From Deinococcales bacterium (GTDB taxonomy: Bacteria > Deinococcota > Deinococci > Deinococcales > JAAFIG01): a stretch of 64,000 nucleotides of DNA. The position numbers and the translations under genes were made by a program. Under the pieces are notes generated by a model. That model saw only the letters and a list, made by a program, of their open reading frames with translations. It made no database searches and was not told where the DNA came from. Shown piece after piece: positions 60,295 to 64,000 of this stretch (the stretch's first letter is position 1; every line of letters starts with the position of its first letter). Location of the stretch: assembly GCA_043778225.1 (NCBI GenBank), contig JAYWGM010000093.1, forward strand, positions 1-64,000. The letters are read 5' to 3'.

Positions 60295-61224
60295 ATGAAT
60301 GCCAAACTGATTTGGAATGCCAATGCCAGCAACACCACCAACGACCCCAACAGCATTATCGAGGCACTTAAAAATGTTGGCATAATCCCCGAGCTTTGCC
60401 AAACAGAATGCTTAGAGGATTTAGACCTTGTTCTCGAGCAAAACGAGGATGCGGTCATTGTGGCTGGCGGCGATGGTTCTTTGCGTCAGGTTGTGAAGCG
60501 CTTACGAGGGCGCGATATTCCGATTATTCTGTTGCCGCTTGGCACTGCCAATAATTTTGCAGGAGCTTTAGGGGTGCGCCGCGACCCATTTGAACTGATT
60601 GCTGCGCTCGAGCATCGGACAACCCGCCAAGTGGATTTAGGCGTGGTGCGTTTTAACGAACAAGAGGATGTCTTTCTCGAGGGGGCTGGGGTGGGTTTGT
60701 TTGCTCATGCGATGCTCAGTTATGGCGAAGACCACGGCAAAAGTGTACTGCGGGCGCTGCACGCGATTACCAAAACAATTACCCTCGCCCCAAAAATTCA
60801 AATGGGTTTTCGGGCAACGCTCGAGGACAACAGCATCGAGACATTTTCTGGCAATTTATCGCTGTTTGAAGTTATGAATACCACAGCGCTGGGTCCGCGT
60901 TTGCCGCTTGTGCCAAGTGCCGACTTGAGTGATGGCTTACTCGACCTCCTGACGATTGAACCAGATGGCAGCACCGGATTTTTGAATTATGCAATCAATG
61001 CCTTGAGTGGTTCGCTCGAGAGCCTCGAGAATGTGACTTTACGACGAATCAAGGAAGTTCAACTCGATTTTTCTGGCGGAGCGCTGCATTTTGACGGCGA
61101 CAGTTGCCAATTGCCAATCAGCCATGTTGAGTTTTGGATTGAACCAAACGCAATAACGATGATTGTGCCGCAAGACATGACCCAAGCTGTGCCGCAAGAG
61201 ACTGAGAATCCAGATGCGAATTGA
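60295..61224 (+). CDS. Diacylglycerol/lipid kinase family protein
   Basis: VAGGDGS, LPLGTANNFA, DGLLD motifs. Confidence 0.9.
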   Translation: MNAKLIWNANASNTTNDPNSIIEALKNVGIIPELCQTECLEDLDLVLEQNEDAVIVAGGDGSLRQVVKRLRGRDIPIILLPLGTANNFAGALGVRRDPFELIAALEHRTTRQVDLGVVRFNEQEDVFLEGAGVGLFAHAMLSYGEDHGKSVLRALHAITKTITLAPKIQMGFRATLEDNSIETFSGNLSLFEVMNTTALGPRLPLVPSADLSDGLLDLLTIEPDGSTGFLNYAINALSGSLESLENVTLRRIKEVQLDFSGGALHFDGDSCQLPISHVEFWIEPNAITMIVPQDMTQAVPQETENPDAN

Positions 61225-61849
61225 TTTACATTGCCATACTTTGGCTTCATATGATTGTAAAACCAGTTTAGAAGCTGTGGTGCTGGCTTGTCAGCACAAA
61301 AAGCTCGATGTGTTGGCAATTACCGACCACAACGAAATTTGGGCGGCTCAAGAATTGGCGGCTCTTGGTTTGACTACGCCGCAGTTTATTGTTGGCGAAG
61401 AAGTTTACACCAACGAAGGCGAAATTATTGGCTTATTTTTACAACAAAAAATTGCTCGAGGACAAAGCCCAGAGCGCACCCTGTCCGAAATCCATGAGCA
61501 GGGCGGCTTGGCATTATTGCCACATGGTTTTGACCACTGGAAGCCCTCGACCCTTAAAGCCATGGCTCGAGAACGGATTCGCGCCAGTTTAGACATCATC
61601 GAAGCCTTTAACGGACACACCGCCCAAGCCAGAAGCAACCACCGCGCTCGAGTCTGGGCTGCCAGCCATGATTTACCCATCAGTGGTGGCTCGGATGCCC
61701 ACCGCGCGGCGGATATTGGTTCGGTCTATCTCGAGACCGCGACTCGGGTGATAGAAAACCCCGCAGATTTACTCGAAGCCCTCAAAGCCGGAAAAATCGT
61801 CGGGCGCAGGCGCAATCCGATTCTTTCTTTTTTGCGTGAACAGTTTTAG
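61214..61849 (+). CDS. PHP-domain phosphoesterase
   Basis: DLHCHT..S.D, ITDHN, GEE, PH, GGSDAH motifs. Confidence 0.92.
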   Translation: MRIDLHCHTLASYDCKTSLEAVVLACQHKKLDVLAITDHNEIWAAQELAALGLTTPQFIVGEEVYTNEGEIIGLFLQQKIARGQSPERTLSEIHEQGGLALLPHGFDHWKPSTLKAMARERIRASLDIIEAFNGHTAQARSNHRARVWAASHDLPISGGSDAHRAADIGSVYLETATRVIENPADLLEALKAGKIVGRRRNPILSFLREQF

Positions 61850-62520
61850 ACCGTTCGCAGCACATAACCCACATTGCGAATGGTTTGCAACAGCCTTGGC
61901 TCGCCGTTTTCCTCGAGTTTCTGGCGCAGTTGTGACATAAAAACTTCGACCACATTATCGTCGCCAAAAAAGTCGTTGCCCCAAACTCGGTCGAGCAGAT
62001 AGGTTTTACTCATGACCCGTTCGGGTTGCTCGAGAAATTCTTGGAGTAACTTAAATTCTCGGCTGGTTAAATTCAGGTTGCGGCTACCGCGCTTTGCCCC
62101 AAAGGCACGCACATCCATCTGTAAATCGTCAAAGCGCAAGACATTGGAGACTGTGCCGCCCATGCGGCGTTGAATGGCGCGGATTCTTGCCATCAGCACA
62201 TCAAAATTGACGGGCTTAATCACATAATCATCTGCCCCAATGTTTAAGCCTTCCATTTGGGCTTCTGGGGCATCGTTGGCGGTCAGCATAATGACCGGCA
62301 AATTTGGGTCGGCAGCGCGGAGGCGACGCAGCACCTCAAAGCCATCAATCCCGGGCATCATCAGGTCAAGAATCATCATGTGCGGAGCGCGATCCAAAAC
62401 CGCCCGCAAGCCCAATTCGCCATTTTCGGCGGTCTCGACCTGAAAACCTTCAAACGACAGACCGCGTTTTAAGAAACTACAGACACTTGCGTCGTCATCT
62501 ACCACCAGAATTCTTTGCAT
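61846..62520 (-). CDS. OmpR/PhoB-family response regulator (no kinase adjacent)
   Basis: 'MQRILVVDDD...ILDLMMP...GADDYVIKP...LTSREF...TIRNVGY'. Confidence 0.95.
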   Translation of the reverse strand: MQRILVVDDDASVCSFLKRGLSFEGFQVETAENGELGLRAVLDRAPHMMILDLMMPGIDGFEVLRRLRAADPNLPVIMLTANDAPEAQMEGLNIGADDYVIKPVNFDVLMARIRAIQRRMGGTVSNVLRFDDLQMDVRAFGAKRGSRNLNLTSREFKLLQEFLEQPERVMSKTYLLDRVWGNDFFGDDNVVEVFMSQLRQKLEENGEPRLLQTIRNVGYVLRTV

Positions 62521-62680
62521 ATGGTTAAGATTACAACCTAAACCTAAGATGACTTGAAGGCAAACTGAAGGCAAGCTGAAGAATGCTTGAGCTAACCCAA
62601 AGTCACTCAGCCAGTCTTCAAGCTGCCATGAGAGGGCGCTCAGTCCAGAACGATATAAATGCTGGACTAAGGAGCTACCC

Positions 62681-63226
62681 ATGACCTCGAGATTTTTATT
62701 TGTGTTTGACCAGCACGACCCGTGGGAAAGAAGTATTCAGAGCCTTGTTGACTTGGCAGCTTTGCGCCATTCGCAAATCGGGTTACTCGAGACCAGTGCG
62801 TCGTCCGATGGCTCATTGGCGCTTTTGGCGGCTCGACTGAGCATGATGGGGCAAAGTACGCTCGGGGCATGGTTGCCACAATTTGACCGCAGCCAATTGG
62901 CGAGTTATGCCAAAAGCCAAGGCGCAAGTTGTGTGGTGCTGCTCGAACAAGAATTCCCACGCAATTTGTCGCAGCGCCAACAGCGCTTACTGCTCGAGAA
63001 GACGGGGCTAGAAGTGATTATTTTACCGCGTGAAAAACCGCTTGTGTCGCGTGAAAGTCCGCTTGTGTCGCGTGAAAGTCCGCTTGTGTCGCGTGAGAAA
63101 CCGCTTGTGCCGCGTGAAAGTCCGCTTGTGTCGCGTGAAAAACCGCTTGTGTCGCGTGAAAGTCCAGCCCTTGCGCCGAGTCAATTGGCTCGAGAACCAT
63201 TTTTAAGACAGAAGGTGCTTGTATGA
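62681..63226 (+). CDS. Hypothetical protein (possibly universal-stress-like fold) with heptapeptide repeat tail
   Basis: SD aggag; PLVSRE(K/S) repeats. Confidence 0.55.
   Translation: MTSRFLFVFDQHDPWERSIQSLVDLAALRHSQIGLLETSASSDGSLALLAARLSMMGQSTLGAWLPQFDRSQLASYAKSQGASCVVLLEQEFPRNLSQRQQRLLLEKTGLEVIILPREKPLVSRESPLVSRESPLVSREKPLVPRESPLVSREKPLVSRESPALAPSQLAREPFLRQKVLV
63027..63165. repeat. 21-bp tandem repeat, 6 full copies plus a partial copy
   Basis: Unit cgcgtgaaa(aa/gt)ccgcttgtgt. Confidence 0.95.
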
Positions 63227-63423
63227 AACCTATTCAACCCGTGCCAGCCCAAGACCCACCATTGCCATTTGAACCCGAAAGAATCGAATTGCCAGTACCC
63301 CCCGAGTACCTGCCAGAGCCGGAACAACCCGAGCCAGAACCCGAGCCAGAGCCAGAACCTTCAGGTCTGATTCAGCCAAGCAGCAGTCTAACCATAAGCC
63401 CCGATTTTAAGCTGAGGGTATGA
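63223..63423 (+). CDS. Small Pro/Glu-rich hypothetical protein
   Basis: ATGA overlaps with both neighbours; PEPEPE repeats. Confidence 0.55.
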   Translation: MKPIQPVPAQDPPLPFEPERIELPVPPEYLPEPEQPEPEPEPEPEPSGLIQPSSSLTISPDFKLRV

Positions 63424-63740
63424 AAACCAATTTTGCGGTCTTTCTGGTGCTGCTTGCCTTTTTAGGTGCAGCCACAATTGCGCTGGCTGCCTTGCCAACC
63501 AATCAGTCAACGGCGCTTCAGACCTACCGTTGTTTGAATGGGCGAGTGGTGCTGTTCTATAGCAATGGTCGTTCGGTCAGACTTGCTTTGTCTGGGCGTG
63601 AGCATCTGCTGCTTTGGCAAACGCCAGCCCGTGCCAGCAATGCCAGTTTTGAGTGGCGCTTAAAAGGCGACAGTGCCGATTTATACCGCATCTCGAGCGG
63701 TTTGCCTGTGGTTCGTCAGTGTAGAATAGCAAAAATATAA
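63420..63740 (+). CDS. Small secreted protein, possibly MliC/PliC-like
   Basis: Signal peptide; 'YRC.NG...V.F', 'W..KGD.A.L', terminal Cys. Confidence 0.5.
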   Translation: MKTNFAVFLVLLAFLGAATIALAALPTNQSTALQTYRCLNGRVVLFYSNGRSVRLALSGREHLLLWQTPARASNASFEWRLKGDSADLYRISSGLPVVRQCRIAKI

Positions 63741-63753
63741 TTTCGGAGGATTT

Positions 63754-64000
63754 ATGTCCAAAACAAGTAAAAGTAGCCCCGTCAGCATTGACCTCAAGCC
63801 CAAAATCCGTGAACCGATGATTGCACTCTTAAATGCGCGGCTTGCCGATTGCCTAGATTTGTATTCGCACTTGAAGCAAGCCCACTGGAATGTCAAAGGA
63901 ATGCAATTTATTGCGATTCATGAATTGTTTGATCGCTTGGCGGCGGAGTTTTTAGCCTACACCGACGAACTTGCCGAACGCATTACTGCCCTTGGCGGTT
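63754..64000 (+). CDS. dps: Dps DNA-protection protein (3'-truncated by the window)
   Basis: SD ggagg; 'KQAHWNVKGMQFIAIHELFD...DELAERITALGG'. Confidence 0.95.
   Translation, partial: MSKTSKSSPVSIDLKPKIREPMIALLNARLADCLDLYSHLKQAHWNVKGMQFIAIHELFDRLAAEFLAYTDELAERITALGG

Noticed and set aside
62521..62682. N-terminal extension of the response regulator in the ORF track
   Set aside because: The receiver domain begins at ATG 62,520; the extension covers the divergent promoter region
63027..63165. Possible CRISPR array
   Set aside because: Contiguous 21-bp units without unique spacers, in frame within a CDS; no cas genes in the window

Overview
Bacterial genomic window, most likely Deinococcota (Deinococcales-like). 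This is inferred from the short IF2, the RimP/NusA sequences and many leaderless genes with a -10 box 6-7 nt before the start codon. The left part (1 to ~28.5 kb) looks like a genomic island ending at the 3' end of a tRNA-Arg(TCT) gene. It holds a >5,100-aa surface protein (VWD domain, Cys-paired beta-sandwich repeats, seven PQQ-like propeller modules), an HNH protein, a Replic_Relax/MOB_C-like nuclease, a membrane-anchored HTH protein behind an 11-bp repeat array, an XRE regulator, a secreted WD40 protein, a mini TnpB-like RuvC-zinc-finger protein with a structured leader, and a satellite-like xis/primase-helicase/ori/tyrosine-integrase module. The right part is chromosomal. It holds aroH, a LacI-controlled beta-glucan/xyloside locus (xylB, GH43, GH1, a GH-A+GH81 fusion, ABC SBP and permeases, and an unusual permease-permease-acyltransferase-3 fusion), a Ser/Thr kinase, a MITE-like element, macro/KTSC/mcm/M23 genes, the rimP-nusA-ylxR-infB operon, a fused type IIG R-M enzyme, a toxin-antitoxin pair with a frameshifted toxin, DAGK, PHP, an OmpR-type regulator and a partial dps. 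The palindrome CTCGAG is extremely over-represented throughout. All family assignments come from motif recognition by eye; no database search was run.
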